From a bacterium (GTDB lineage Bacteria > Electryoneota > JAOADG01): a stretch of 64,000 bases of DNA. Made by a program: the position numbers and the translations under genes. Under the pieces are notes generated by a model. That model did no database searches, was not told the DNA's origin, and worked only from the letters and a program-made list of their open reading frames with translations. The stretch spans positions 1,088,001-1,152,000 of the forward strand of contig OY820579.1 in NCBI GenBank assembly GCA_963681965.1, read 5' to 3'. Shown in pieces: positions 19,949 through 31,121 of this stretch. The stretch's first letter is position 1. Each line of letters begins with the position of its first letter.

Positions 19949-21799
19949 ATGATGCAGACGATGCGCGAGAACACGAAGAAAATTCTTTGGATAGTAATCC
20001 TCGCGTTCTTGGCTACGATTATTTTCGCTTGGGGTAAGGGTGGTTTCGACCGTAACGGTCGGTACAGTGCCGGTGTGTTGGCTTCCGTCAACGGTCACAA
20101 AATCTTCCAAGATCAGTTCGACCGTCGTGTTGAACAACGGGTTACGCAGGAACGCGAGAAGAACAAGGGTCAGGAACTCGACGAGAACAAAGTTCGAAGC
20201 CTTCGCACCGAAATTTGGGATCAGGCAGTCAATGAAGTACTGCTTTCCGATGAGTTGGATCGACTCGGTATCAAAATCGGTTCCCGCGAAATCGCCTATG
20301 AAATTCGCAATAATCCTCCGGAATTCGTTCAGCAGGCGGAATATTTCAAGAATAACGGGCAATTCGATCAACAGAAATACGAAGATTTTCTGAAGAATCC
20401 GCAGGCTGTTAACGAAGTGATCATGCTCGAACAGGATACTGAAGCGCGTCTTCGACAACAGCGGTTGATCGATCAAGTCACCGCTGCTGCTGTTGTTTCG
20501 CCACGCGAATTGTGGGATGAATTTACCGATCGGAACACAACGATTAAATTGAAATTCGTTCGATTTCCGGTCGAAGTACTTCCCGCCGACACCACACTGG
20601 TGACACAAGAAGAGATCGAGAAAGATTATAAAGCGCGGTCTAAAGAATTCGAAGACCCCGAGCAGCGGAAAGTATGGTTTGTCACTTTTAAGGAAGTGCC
20701 TACCGCGGCTGATAGCGCTCACGCCAAGGAAATGGCTGACGAAATTTATACCCGTGCGAAACACGGTGAAGATTTCTCCGAATTGGCTCGCACTTACTCC
20801 GAAGATAATAGTGCACAGAATGGTGGCTCGGTCGGATATTTTTCCCGTGGTCGAATGGTCAAATCGTTTGAAGAGACCGCCTTCAATACCCCGATCGACA
20901 GCGTTGCTCGCCCGGTTTTATCGCAGTTTGGCTGGCACGTAATCAAAGTAACCGGACACAAAGCTACGGTTGCCGCGAAGAAGGGGAAGAAGGGGCAACC
21001 CGACACTCCGGCTCAGGAAGAGCAGGTTGAGGCTTCACACGTATTGTTTAAGTTCGCTCCGTCGGTTGAGACCAAGGACAATATTCGCGAACGAGCGAAA
21101 GAATTTGCTACTCGCGTTCAAGCCAAACCGAATGATGTGCAGGCAATCGCCAAAGAGTACAATGTAAAACCCGACACCAGTGGGTTCTTTAAACTTGAGG
21201 GTGGTTCGATTTCGAAACTGGGTCGTACAGTTGTCGGTGTTGGCTTTGCTTTTGACAATAAATTGCATGCGATCTCATTCCCCTATTATATCCGCAATAG
21301 CTGGGTAATCCTTGGGGTCAATGAAATCAAGAAGAGCGGTCTGCGACCGTTAGCTGAAGTACGACGAACGATTCAGGATAACCTCGTTCGCGAAAAGAAA
21401 ATCGATAAGGCATTGGAAAAGGCAAAGGGCGCTCGTGGTATGGGCGTGACGTTGGAGCAGATTGCCGGTGCGGTAGGTCTGAAAGTCGACACTACCGGGA
21501 TGATTCGTGCGAACGACTACCTTCCTCAATTAGGTCGTGAACCCGATCTTACTCGCACTGCGAAAGATGCCCCATTGAATACTTTACTCGGTCCGGCACG
21601 GGGTCGATCCGGTGCGTTCTTGTTCACAGTTGTCGATCGGGCAAAAGCGGATTCGACGCAATTCAATTCGCAGATGACGCAGCAAATGAATCAGACGATG
21701 CAACGCCGTCAACAACAACTGTACAATGACTACTTGGCGAAGCTGAAGAAGAATGCGAAAATTCAGGATTTCCGATACGTGATGTACAGCGACTTTTAA
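19949..21799 (+). CDS. PpiD/SurA-type peptidyl-prolyl isomerase/chaperone
   Basis: N-terminal TM, SurA_N region, parvulin motifs FSELARTYSED, MVKSFEETAF, SQFGWHVI. Confidence 0.9.
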   Translation: MMQTMRENTKKILWIVILAFLATIIFAWGKGGFDRNGRYSAGVLASVNGHKIFQDQFDRRVEQRVTQEREKNKGQELDENKVRSLRTEIWDQAVNEVLLSDELDRLGIKIGSREIAYEIRNNPPEFVQQAEYFKNNGQFDQQKYEDFLKNPQAVNEVIMLEQDTEARLRQQRLIDQVTAAAVVSPRELWDEFTDRNTTIKLKFVRFPVEVLPADTTLVTQEEIEKDYKARSKEFEDPEQRKVWFVTFKEVPTAADSAHAKEMADEIYTRAKHGEDFSELARTYSEDNSAQNGGSVGYFSRGRMVKSFEETAFNTPIDSVARPVLSQFGWHVIKVTGHKATVAAKKGKKGQPDTPAQEEQVEASHVLFKFAPSVETKDNIRERAKEFATRVQAKPNDVQAIAKEYNVKPDTSGFFKLEGGSISKLGRTVVGVGFAFDNKLHAISFPYYIRNSWVILGVNEIKKSGLRPLAEVRRTIQDNLVREKKIDKALEKAKGARGMGVTLEQIAGAVGLKVDTTGMIRANDYLPQLGREPDLTRTAKDAPLNTLLGPARGRSGAFLFTVVDRAKADSTQFNSQMTQQMNQTMQRRQQQLYNDYLAKLKKNAKIQDFRYVMYSDF

Positions 21800-21818
21800 T
21801 CTATTCGCGTTTAGAATG

Positions 21819-21847
21819 AAGGGCACCTTTTCGGTGCCCTTTTTTTC
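21819..21847 (+). terminator. Rho-independent terminator
   Basis: AAGGGCACC-ttttc-GGTGCCCTT plus T-run. Confidence 0.85.
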
Positions 21848-21961
21848 TTGTTTAACCAGAACGGGATCGCACGAATGACAATTGAGAAGGACAACGTACA
21901 TTTTTGCTTGTTTCTTTCTACTTGAACCGATACCTTATACAATTACCGAATTGCAGCTTTT

Positions 21962-23845
21962 ATGACAAACCGAATCGATTCACCTTTGCTCAGAATATTT
22001 ACTAAATACATGATCCTGATTGGGATCGTTATTGCTGCGCATACAATTGTGATTTCCAAGGGTTGGGCACAAGGATCGGTCGTTCCGTTAGGCTCCCCTG
22101 CTTATCGATTATTGGAACGAGCTGACAATTTAGGACTACTCCAAACACCATTTCCTCAACTTCGACCACTTTCTCGTAAGACTATTGCATTGTATCTATT
22201 TCAACTCGATTCCGTGAAAATGTCCCTCTCAGTTAGCGATCGTAACCGGCTGCATGAACTTCTCCGCGAGTTCACCTTTGAACATTCCGGAACGCTCTTA
22301 TCGAATTCCGATACGCGTGTGAATTGGGTTCGAAGCAAAGCATTCAAATGGTTGCCGAATTGGATCTATCGAAATGGAGATGATCTCTCGCAATATCGGG
22401 AAGATGATTTTACCCTTCGAATCAATCCCAAATTCCGGTACGATGTCGGTCAAAGCCCGATTGAATCTTGGAATGGTTTACGTCGGATGGGGTTTGGATG
22501 GTCGATTCAAGCCGATTGGCAACAAAAATTAGGTATAAATTTCAGGTATATCGATCATTTCGATGCTGCCAACAGCTCTAGTTTCAATCACACTTTTCAC
22601 GATTGGCAGACCATCAGCAGCTCTGATTTATTGGTATCAGGTGAGTCACCCAGCAGCATTACTCGAAACCCGGGTGATTCTGCCAAGCCAAAGACCAGCG
22701 ATGAATATATTGTCTCCGAAACATCGCTTAGTTATCAAGTCGGTCGATTACATATCCTGTTAGGTCGTGAACCCATTTCATGGGGACCGGGTGTTTGTCA
22801 GCAACTGACGCTAGGTCGTCAAACAGCACCAATGGACCAAATCCGCCTGGACTTTGAACTCTCGCGCCATTTCCGGTTTATGTATATCCATGGGTGGCTA
22901 TATGCTCAACCACAGGTAGTGGATTCGATCTATGACCCGAACGATGCACATCCACGGAAACTCGATCGTCCGAAATACGTTGCTGCACATCGCGTGGAAT
23001 GGACGCCTAATAAACGAGTGACGATTGGAATTTCCGAATCGGTTATTTACGGCGATCGAGCACCGGATTTACCTTACCTAATTCCAATCAATTTATTCTT
23101 TGCCTCGGAAGAAAATCGCGGTGACAACGATAATAAGAGTCTAACTGTCGATTTTAAATTCAGACCGATCGATCGCGTTACTACCTATGGCGGGGTATGG
23201 GTTGATGACCTGACTTTCGGTAAAGTTGGAACCGGTTTTTTACAGAATAAATTCGGATATCTTGCTGGAGCGGTTACCGACGATCCGTTCCGTCTTTCCG
23301 GAACTCGATGGCTATGCGAATATACGCGAATGGACCCCTATGCCGGTGGACATTTTTACGCGATCAACCGGTACGATCATTGGGGACGCCCGCTAGGACT
23401 GGATTTGCCGCCAGATGCCGATCGTCTGACATTGAGATCCGAGTACACGCCAACAGCTCGATGGCAACTGGCGATCGAATCGCAAACCGCACGACATATC
23501 GATTTTGCTTATATTGATAGTATCTTAGTATATCCGGGCAGTATTCTCAGAATGTATCCCTACAGTGTTCAAGAGCGATCGTTGTCTTGGGGAAGTGGTG
23601 CTGGAAGCTTTCAACAGGTTATTTCGCTGACAGCGCGCTATGAATTTCTGGAGCACTTTTGGGTTTCATTTGCATGGCAACAGAACCGTACCGGAACGTT
23701 TATTTCGCAATCGGAATTCCGAAAGGATTTTCCGAAGGGGTATAATTCGCAAGCGCGCCCCGGCTTGTTTGATTGGGCAAGCAAGAAGTTCGACAATACT
23801 TCTACTTTGTGGACGCTATCGGTGATGGTTAATCCGGATCGATAG
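21962..23845 (+). CDS. Capsule-assembly Wzi-like outer-membrane beta-barrel
   Basis: Signal peptide; GREPISWGPG, AAHRVEW.P, SESVIYG motifs. Confidence 0.75.
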   Translation: MTNRIDSPLLRIFTKYMILIGIVIAAHTIVISKGWAQGSVVPLGSPAYRLLERADNLGLLQTPFPQLRPLSRKTIALYLFQLDSVKMSLSVSDRNRLHELLREFTFEHSGTLLSNSDTRVNWVRSKAFKWLPNWIYRNGDDLSQYREDDFTLRINPKFRYDVGQSPIESWNGLRRMGFGWSIQADWQQKLGINFRYIDHFDAANSSSFNHTFHDWQTISSSDLLVSGESPSSITRNPGDSAKPKTSDEYIVSETSLSYQVGRLHILLGREPISWGPGVCQQLTLGRQTAPMDQIRLDFELSRHFRFMYIHGWLYAQPQVVDSIYDPNDAHPRKLDRPKYVAAHRVEWTPNKRVTIGISESVIYGDRAPDLPYLIPINLFFASEENRGDNDNKSLTVDFKFRPIDRVTTYGGVWVDDLTFGKVGTGFLQNKFGYLAGAVTDDPFRLSGTRWLCEYTRMDPYAGGHFYAINRYDHWGRPLGLDLPPDADRLTLRSEYTPTARWQLAIESQTARHIDFAYIDSILVYPGSILRMYPYSVQERSLSWGSGAGSFQQVISLTARYEFLEHFWVSFAWQQNRTGTFISQSEFRKDFPKGYNSQARPGLFDWASKKFDNTSTLWTLSVMVNPDR

Positions 23846-24113
23846 CTGTTTGATCACTTCATGCTTCAAAATTATGAATTCCGTCGATATTATTGATAAT
23901 GCAATACTTGTCGGTGGTAATTCAGTTCAGCCCCCATTGCATATTATTGCAATCCTGATTTAAATCGCTAGTAAGACCATTTGGATGGTTCGACATCTTG
24001 AAGGTGTCGAATTACGATAGATCTCAACTCCGAGACCGTAACGGGTGGAATATGTTTCCGGTACGTCTTTGTGGAAAACATCACAAACTTGAACCATGTT
24101 GGTAGGACAATCT

Positions 24114-25430
24114 ATGCGTTGGTTGGAATCATACAATCGTAAGAAGATGACTGCAGAAGAAGCAGTTCGGCTGATCAAAAGTGGAGATCGGGTTTACCTG
24201 CATCCGGGGTGTGCTGTTCCTGAATTGTTGGTAGATGCGATGGTCGCTCGGGCGAGCGAATTGCACGATGTCGAAGTGGTTCACATTCTTAATATGGGTA
24301 AAGCACAATACGCTACTCCCGAAATGGAAGGTCACTTCCGGCACAACGCATTGTTCATCGGAACGAATGTTCGCCAGGCAGTCAATGAGGGTCGTGCCGA
24401 CTGGACGCCAGTATTTCTCTCCGAGATCCCGGAATTGTTTCGAAATGGTACTTTACCGATCGATGTGGCGATGGTACAGGTCTCACCACCGGATGAACAC
24501 GGTTTTTGTTCTTTCGGGTTGGGAGTTGAAATTACCAAACCTGCCGCCGAACACTCGCGGATCGTAATTGCCATGGTTAATCCGCGAATGCCGCGTGCTT
24601 TGGGCGACTGTTTTATTCACATCAACAAGATCACCGCTATCGTCGAAGCGGATATGCCGTTATTCGAATTGCCGCAATTCCGCTCCAATTCGGAAAACGA
24701 AGAATACAAAATCGCGCAAAAGATCGGCCAGCATATTGCCGGTTTGATCGAAGATGGCTCGACGCTGCAAATGGGAATTGGTATGATTCCCGATGCAGTA
24801 TTGAATTTCCTTGAGACCAAACGCGATTTGGGAATTCATACCGAAATGTTTTCAGACGGTGTCGTCGAACTGGTAGAACGCGGTATCATCAATAATGAAA
24901 AGAAAACCCTACACCGTGGAAAAATCGTTGCTTCGTTTGTGTTGGGTAGTAAGCGTACGTACGATTTCCTCGACAACAACCCACTGTGCGATTTCCATCC
25001 ATCGGATTATGTGAACGATATTTTTATTATCTCGCAACACGAGAAGATGGTCGCAATCAATTCGGCAATCGAAGTCGATTTAACCGGGCAGGTTTGCTCG
25101 GACAGTATCGGATTTCGGCTGTTCAGCGGGTTTGGTGGACAAGTCGACTTTATCCGGGGATCGGCACGATCGAAAGGTGGCAAACCGATTATAGCGTTAC
25201 CCAGCACAACCCTGAATGGTAAAATTTCCCGGATTTGTACGCGACTGAAAGACGGCGCCGGTGTTGTAACAAATCGCGCCGATGTCCATTACGTTGTGAC
25301 TGAATTTGGTGTTGCCTCGTTGCACGGTCGTACAATTCGAGAACGTGCGAGATCGCTGATTAATATCGCACATCCGGATTTTCGTGAGGAGCTGGAAAAA
25401 TTTGCTTTTGAACGGCGCTGGTTTAAATAG
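24114..25430 (+). CDS. Acetyl-CoA hydrolase/transferase family (4-hydroxybutyrate CoA-transferase-like)
   Basis: LQMGIG, HTEMFSDG, SGFGGQVDF, VVTEFG motifs; SD GTAGGA before ATG 24114. Confidence 0.92.
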   Translation: MRWLESYNRKKMTAEEAVRLIKSGDRVYLHPGCAVPELLVDAMVARASELHDVEVVHILNMGKAQYATPEMEGHFRHNALFIGTNVRQAVNEGRADWTPVFLSEIPELFRNGTLPIDVAMVQVSPPDEHGFCSFGLGVEITKPAAEHSRIVIAMVNPRMPRALGDCFIHINKITAIVEADMPLFELPQFRSNSENEEYKIAQKIGQHIAGLIEDGSTLQMGIGMIPDAVLNFLETKRDLGIHTEMFSDGVVELVERGIINNEKKTLHRGKIVASFVLGSKRTYDFLDNNPLCDFHPSDYVNDIFIISQHEKMVAINSAIEVDLTGQVCSDSIGFRLFSGFGGQVDFIRGSARSKGGKPIIALPSTTLNGKISRICTRLKDGAGVVTNRADVHYVVTEFGVASLHGRTIRERARSLINIAHPDFREELEKFAFERRWFK

Positions 25431-25446
25431 AAAAATTATAGTACAC

Positions 25447-25483
25447 AAAAAAAAACGGGGCGCCAGAAGCGTCCCGTTTTTTT
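25447..25483. terminator. Bidirectional Rho-independent terminator
   Basis: A-run CGGGGCGC-cagaa-GCGTCCCG T-run between convergent genes. Confidence 0.85.
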
Positions 25484-25496
25484 GTAAGAAATCGAT

Positions 25497-27173
25497 TTAT
25501 TGTCGATTAGGCGTAACAACCATTCCAAAAATCTGAGATAATACTGCACGATTGTATACTGCAAGATTGCCGTCGTCGCGAACAGCGATCATGAGACCCC
25601 AAGGATAATCGGCGATCGGATTATGGCACATGATAACTTCCTGAACTTTCGCGTAGATACCGGTTTGAAGCATCGTTGCAAGCGGACGGAAGGTAACGCG
25701 ATCGAATACGCGAATATTGTTGAATTCGTCTAATGCGATTAGATAGCCACCCTGTGCATTGTCCCAGAGTGAAAGTGCCGTAACAGGCGACTCGAACAGA
25801 TCTTTTCCTAGGGAAGTAATGAATGAACCGTCGATACCATACACGTCGACCCGACCGTACTGCTTGTCGATTAATGAAGTATAGATTCGGTGGTGGCGAG
25901 GATCGTATGCGATGTCGGTGATTTTGTCGGCATTCTTTAAATTACTCGAAGCAAAAGCGATTGGTGTCGATCCCGAGATTTTATTCTCGTTCCAAATCAG
26001 ATCAATCGATTTGATCGATGCGTTAGTCGTTCCAAAATTGTCAAGAACCCATGCCGAATTTTCCCCGACGGCAATAACATAAGGCGCCTGCAATGCGCCA
26101 TTGCCAAGATACCCAACTAGTTTCAATCCGGGAAGTGTCATTACGCAAATACGCTTGGTTCCGGAAGAGGCAACGAACAAATAATCTTTGCCTTCATGTT
26201 TTACTACTGCAATGCTCCGCGGATGATCCACTACGACTACTTGCTCGAGATCGGCTTTAATTTTAACTCTGATCGAATCGCAAGTAGAACGCTGTGTTGG
26301 TAGGGGTTTACCTTCGTCGGTCGCTTTGGCAAGTTTTTGTTCCGAAGCGGAAGCAATCATTTGTAACGAGGTAACAACTGGATCGATTTCCGGCAACCTT
26401 GTCCGTTTCGTATCGTAAATCGGTTGCGTTTCAGTGACGACTTTTTGCGCTTGAGCAATCTGGGCATTCAATAGCGGAATTTGCTCTTGACTTTTTTTAA
26501 GCACGACTTTGATCGAATCGAGCGATTTCTTCGTGGCAATTATTTTCCCGTCAGCTTTCCATTTCACCGAATTTTTCTTGGCGGTATCCACAATCTGGGT
26601 TTGCTCTTTGATGATATTCTTGAACTCGGCGATGGAGGCTTCGGCGCTGGAGATTTGGTCTTGTGTCTTTGCCAATAATTCCGTTTGAGACTTAACGCTT
26701 GCCTGATTATCGGCAATCCGTTTTTCTAGAACAGGAGTTTCTTGAACAAGAGTTGTCTTTTCAGCTTGAAGGCGCACGATCACCTTCTTTGCAGAATCGG
26801 CGCGGCTCGATTCATCGAGTTTGAGCTGTTCGAGTTGAGCGATATGCGAGTTAATTTCTGCTATTTGGGAGGAAAGTTCGGCATCGCGACGATACACTCT
26901 GATTGATTCCGCTTGGAATTGCTCGATTCCAACGAAAGGAAGCGTTGACAACGTCTTTCCAGTTACCGGATCGATCGCGATCAACGAATTTTTTTCCGGA
27001 TCGGTCAGAAGAATCTGAGTGGTTGAATCGTTTACACTCCAAGTCGTTCCGGAAACGGGATGAATTGGGAGCTTTAAAGTATTGCTCGGTTGGATTTGAG
27101 TTTGCGCCCAAGTCATAGTTGCCAACAACATAACCCAAAGAAGTATTAAACGTGTCACGGACAAACGGTTCAT
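25497..27173 (-). CDS. Secreted beta-propeller (NHL/phytase-like) protein with long coiled-coil insertion
   Basis: SD GGAGG before ATG 27173, signal peptide, propeller-like blades (PRSIAVV, YPWGLMIA), central heptad-rich region. Confidence 0.65.
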   Translation of the reverse strand: MNRLSVTRLILLWVMLLATMTWAQTQIQPSNTLKLPIHPVSGTTWSVNDSTTQILLTDPEKNSLIAIDPVTGKTLSTLPFVGIEQFQAESIRVYRRDAELSSQIAEINSHIAQLEQLKLDESSRADSAKKVIVRLQAEKTTLVQETPVLEKRIADNQASVKSQTELLAKTQDQISSAEASIAEFKNIIKEQTQIVDTAKKNSVKWKADGKIIATKKSLDSIKVVLKKSQEQIPLLNAQIAQAQKVVTETQPIYDTKRTRLPEIDPVVTSLQMIASASEQKLAKATDEGKPLPTQRSTCDSIRVKIKADLEQVVVVDHPRSIAVVKHEGKDYLFVASSGTKRICVMTLPGLKLVGYLGNGALQAPYVIAVGENSAWVLDNFGTTNASIKSIDLIWNENKISGSTPIAFASSNLKNADKITDIAYDPRHHRIYTSLIDKQYGRVDVYGIDGSFITSLGKDLFESPVTALSLWDNAQGGYLIALDEFNNIRVFDRVTFRPLATMLQTGIYAKVQEVIMCHNPIADYPWGLMIAVRDDGNLAVYNRAVLSQIFGMVVTPNRQ

Positions 27174-27431
27174 ATTTTCCTCCACTGTATCAAGGAATTT
27201 GTTGCTAAAAAAGCTGATGTTCAAGCGAATGAGAAAGATACTACGGATTTTTTTACCCTGATCTATCGCTACTGCCTCAGTTGATAAAAGAAAAAGAGCC
27301 AACTGCTTTAAATTTAGGGGCAAACTGAACAAAAACAATGCAATAATGATTATGTACAATATAGATACGAAACTTGGAGTATCAGCTACCCTATTCTTGC
27401 TTCTCGGAGTCAGCCAAGAAGTTTTAGACTG

Positions 27432-29840
27432 TTATTGTTTTTTCAACGTTACGATCGTGGCACCCCCTGAACCTTCGCCATATAGTCCAACTCGCCACTC
27501 AGCAACAAAAGAACACTTCTTGAGAAACTCCGCGGTCGCTTCCTTTAGTACACCCATCCCTTTCCCGTGAATGATCTCAACTCGGGACCACCCTTCGGCG
27601 GCTGCATCGGCAATGTAAGTTTCGAGGGTTTCCAGCGCTTCTTCTCGCAACATACCTCTTAAATCGACGCGATTTCCAACGCCAGTTGATGTACTACGGG
27701 CAGAAGTTGTCGCGGCTGGGCGAGCCACCCCTTTTCCGGGAAGAATACTGTCGAAGGAGAGGCGTATTTTAACGTTTCCAGCTTCTACCTGCACATAATC
27801 ATCGCCAATTGCCGTCACCATAGCTTCGTTTCCACTGTCGCGTAATTTGACCAAATCGCCGACCCGAAGCTCTCGAGCCGGTTCGACAGGTTGAACATGA
27901 ATCGGTGTTGGCGTTGCTGAAGCGTTATTTGGTGTTGGCGAAATAGTACTGATCGATCTCTTTTTGGGTGAACTATTCGTTTTGCTGCGCAATTCGTCGC
28001 GTATTGCATCGATTGTTGCATGGGCTTGTCGAATTGCTTCGGGAGTCGCTTGTGTTTCACGCAATTGACGAACTTCAGCTTCGATCCGTTTGTTCGCGTC
28101 TCGTAAAATCCCCTCGGCAAGGGTCGATGCTTCCCGTTTGGCGTGTAGTAATTCTGCCTTTGCGGTTTCCCGGTCGGTTTTCGCGGCTTCAGCCTGACGG
28201 TCAATCTCGGATTTTTCTTTTAACGTTTCCCGTTGAAGGCGCTGAGTCTCCTCTCGAATCGTTGAAATCTCTTCCAGTAGCCGTTCGATTTGCACCGTTC
28301 GATCGCCTAATAGCGATTTTGCCCGATCAAGCACGTTGACGGGAATATTGACCTTCGCAGCGATTTCCAGTGCATAACTGGATCCCGGTACGCCCAATCG
28401 GAATCGAAAAGTCGGATGAAGACCATGCTCGTCAAAAGTCATCGACCCATTAATCATTCCCGGTTCTTCTTGTACGAATAGCTTTAGTGATGATTGGTGC
28501 GTCGTACAAACCACAAAGCAGCCATCGTCACGCCACCGTTCCAGCAATGCGCGCGATAGCGCACTCCCTTCGGTGGGATCGGTTCCACTACAGATTTCAT
28601 CGACCAGTATCAGCTTATTCGATTGTCGGCTTTGAAGAGTTCGGACTAAACCCGTCAGGTGAGCACTGAAAGTCGAGAGGTCAGTCTCGATCGATTGATC
28701 GTCGCCGATGATGGCAAATAGTTCGGTAAGGAACGGTATTTCCGCTACATCGCAACATACCGGAAGACCGGAAAGCGCCATTGCCAGAGTTAAACCAACA
28801 GTCTTCAGAGTAACGGTTTTACCGCCGGCATTGGGTCCGGAGATCAACAACACGCGACCGTCCTGCTCGGTTAAATCGAGATCGAGCGGAACCACATGGT
28901 CTCTACCGATTCGTAACTGGAGCAAAGGGTGTCGTGCGCCGCGCAGACGTAATTCTCGAGTCGGTGACAGCGTGGGAAGACACCCATTGACGGCTTTACC
29001 GAAAAATACCCGTGCCGATAGGTGATCGAGTTGAATGGCTGCAGCGACCGACTCTTCGATTTGGACGATTTCTGGCTGGATTTGATTCGCCAGCACCTTG
29101 AGGATTCGTCGAATTTCTTCTTCTTCCTCGTGTAACGTGGCTCGCATACGATTGCCCAACTCAATCACTGCGATCGGTTCGACGTAAACGGTATTGCCGC
29201 TTTGGCTAGTATCCTGAGCTACGCCACGGACGCGATTTTTAAAATTGACCAACACCGGAATGACATAATGACCATCGCGAATCGTGACGAGTTCGTCCTG
29301 CAGATACCCCTTACTCGCCCAGTCTTTCAGAGAAGATTCGAGTGAATCGCGAATCAACGATTCGAATTTTGCCAGTTCGCGGCGGATTTTCCGAAGTTCG
29401 ACCGAGGCATCGTCGCGTACCCGACCATTAGGGTCAATGATGTCGTCGATCGCTTCTTCGAGATCGGGACGCGCTTGAATTCGATCGACGATCGCTTTTA
29501 ATTCGGTCGATCGGTTTCCGCGATCGGTAAACCATTTGCGAACAACTCGCAACCCGTGGAGTGAATGCTGTAACTGGAGAAATTCATCGGTATCGAGACT
29601 GGCATCGATCGACTGCAAACGTTCAAGTACTTTCCGCGGATCGCCGATTTCGAAAAACGGAGGAGATCCCTCTTCGAGTAAATACCAGAGTCGTTCTAAC
29701 CAAACTAATTCGCCAGCGAGAAACTCCTCATCGGTGTGAGGGGTTAACCTGCGGAGCAAATCTTCTGCAATCGGCGTTCCGGCATAATGCGCAACGGCGT
29801 CGAGGAGTCTGCGAAATTCTAGGGAATCGGGAATGTTCAT
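27432..29840 (-). CDS. mutS2: Endonuclease MutS2
   Basis: Walker A GPNAGGKT, DDQSI..LSTFSAH, DE..SGTDP, C-terminal Smr DLRG...IIHGKG. Confidence 0.95.
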   Translation of the reverse strand: MNIPDSLEFRRLLDAVAHYAGTPIAEDLLRRLTPHTDEEFLAGELVWLERLWYLLEEGSPPFFEIGDPRKVLERLQSIDASLDTDEFLQLQHSLHGLRVVRKWFTDRGNRSTELKAIVDRIQARPDLEEAIDDIIDPNGRVRDDASVELRKIRRELAKFESLIRDSLESSLKDWASKGYLQDELVTIRDGHYVIPVLVNFKNRVRGVAQDTSQSGNTVYVEPIAVIELGNRMRATLHEEEEEIRRILKVLANQIQPEIVQIEESVAAAIQLDHLSARVFFGKAVNGCLPTLSPTRELRLRGARHPLLQLRIGRDHVVPLDLDLTEQDGRVLLISGPNAGGKTVTLKTVGLTLAMALSGLPVCCDVAEIPFLTELFAIIGDDQSIETDLSTFSAHLTGLVRTLQSRQSNKLILVDEICSGTDPTEGSALSRALLERWRDDGCFVVCTTHQSSLKLFVQEEPGMINGSMTFDEHGLHPTFRFRLGVPGSSYALEIAAKVNIPVNVLDRAKSLLGDRTVQIERLLEEISTIREETQRLQRETLKEKSEIDRQAEAAKTDRETAKAELLHAKREASTLAEGILRDANKRIEAEVRQLRETQATPEAIRQAHATIDAIRDELRSKTNSSPKKRSISTISPTPNNASATPTPIHVQPVEPARELRVGDLVKLRDSGNEAMVTAIGDDYVQVEAGNVKIRLSFDSILPGKGVARPAATTSARSTSTGVGNRVDLRGMLREEALETLETYIADAAAEGWSRVEIIHGKGMGVLKEATAEFLKKCSFVAEWRVGLYGEGSGGATIVTLKKQ

Positions 29841-30625
29841 TTGAATCGAGGATCGGGACGAACTTCAGGTGTTACAGCCCGTTGGTATTCTTGTTTCGAG
29901 ACAATTAGTTGCCAAATTTTCTGCGATTTTTTCTCATTACTCAGAGAATCGGTGGCAACTACCACTTTGATTTGGTCATATAGTGAATTATCGACTGGTA
30001 TGGCAACACCAGGTGTCGGTCTAGTTTCACCCTGTTTGATTAATTCCTGCATCAGCTCCGGGTTGCCGAACAGCTTGTCGATTGCCGAATGGCTAACGCC
30101 CCATTTCAAGAGCATCGATGATAGTTGGCGAGTGATTTCGTCGGTAAAGGTGCGCGCGCGATTGGCTAGTAATTCCGAACCGGAAGTAATCATCGGGGCA
30201 TAAGTACCTTCATTTGCCCAGATTTTGAACCGCTCCGATGAGGGACTCAGAAGACCGATCATGACGAGCAAAATGAGTAGAACAATCCCTTGCACTACAC
30301 CAAAGAAAAAACCGAAGACGCGATCCATTCCTCCGAGCATTGTAATTTCTGCACCTTTGTGAATCATCGCGCCGATAATTTTAACGATAACATAGCCGAT
30401 GAGAAAAAGTGCGATGAACATTAGGCTGCATCGAGAAAGATAGGAGAGTGGAATCATGTCGGCTTGAATTGCCGATTCGCGAAAGAGAAATGTTGCTAAA
30501 AGAAAGCCACCGATCACCGCCAACACTCCGAACAGCGAGCGCATGAACCCCTTAACCACTCCTCGAATTCCGAAGGCGCAAAGTAACACCAAAAAAATTG
30601 TATCGGCGGACGACCAATTCTCCAT
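29837..30625 (-). CDS. cvpA: CvpA (colicin V production) family membrane protein
   Basis: 4 TM, GIRGVVKGF and DRVFGFFFG motifs; adjacent to mutS2. Confidence 0.85.
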   Translation of the reverse strand: MENWSSADTIFLVLLCAFGIRGVVKGFMRSLFGVLAVIGGFLLATFLFRESAIQADMIPLSYLSRCSLMFIALFLIGYVIVKIIGAMIHKGAEITMLGGMDRVFGFFFGVVQGIVLLILLVMIGLLSPSSERFKIWANEGTYAPMITSGSELLANRARTFTDEITRQLSSMLLKWGVSHSAIDKLFGNPELMQELIKQGETRPTPGVAIPVDNSLYDQIKVVVATDSLSNEKKSQKIWQLIVSKQEYQRAVTPEVRPDPRFK

Positions 30626-30769
30626 GAATAATTTCTCTCGAATGATTAGTCAATAAACGATCGAATGAAGGACGATCGGTTCTTTTCAAGGCATAATTTA
30701 CGACAGGCAATGAGCCATGTAAAACACGATTCTCGTGGTTTGATCAGTTAGACGCGATCAAAGGAACAT

Positions 30770-31120
30770 TTACGAGAGCAAACTTTCACCCGGAGAATAG
30801 CGCAAAACATTGACTTTCTCCAGTGTGACCAAACCTTCGTTGAGCATTTCGTCGAGTTGTGGGAGAATTCGGTCGATATTCTCCTTGGAATCGACGACTT
30901 CAATTACCAGTGGTAAATCGCCACTTAACCGGAGGATGTGATCGGTATGCAGATGACTCTTTGCACCGAAACCCATAATTCCGCGTACAACCGTTGCACC
31001 GGCGATGTGTTCGCGTTTGAGAAATTCGACAATTGCCTGATATAATGGTTGTTTATTGTATCGATCGGATTCGCCAATAAAGATTCGCATCAGAAAATGA
31101 TCGCCACTCAAAGTGCGCAT
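30770..31120 (-). CDS. DUF190 family (PII-like) protein
   Basis: RIFIGESD, GATVVRGIMGFG, LSGDLPLVIEVVD; follows crcB. Confidence 0.9.
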   Translation of the reverse strand: MRTLSGDHFLMRIFIGESDRYNKQPLYQAIVEFLKREHIAGATVVRGIMGFGAKSHLHTDHILRLSGDLPLVIEVVDSKENIDRILPQLDEMLNEGLVTLEKVNVLRYSPGESLLS

Positions 31121-31121
31121 C

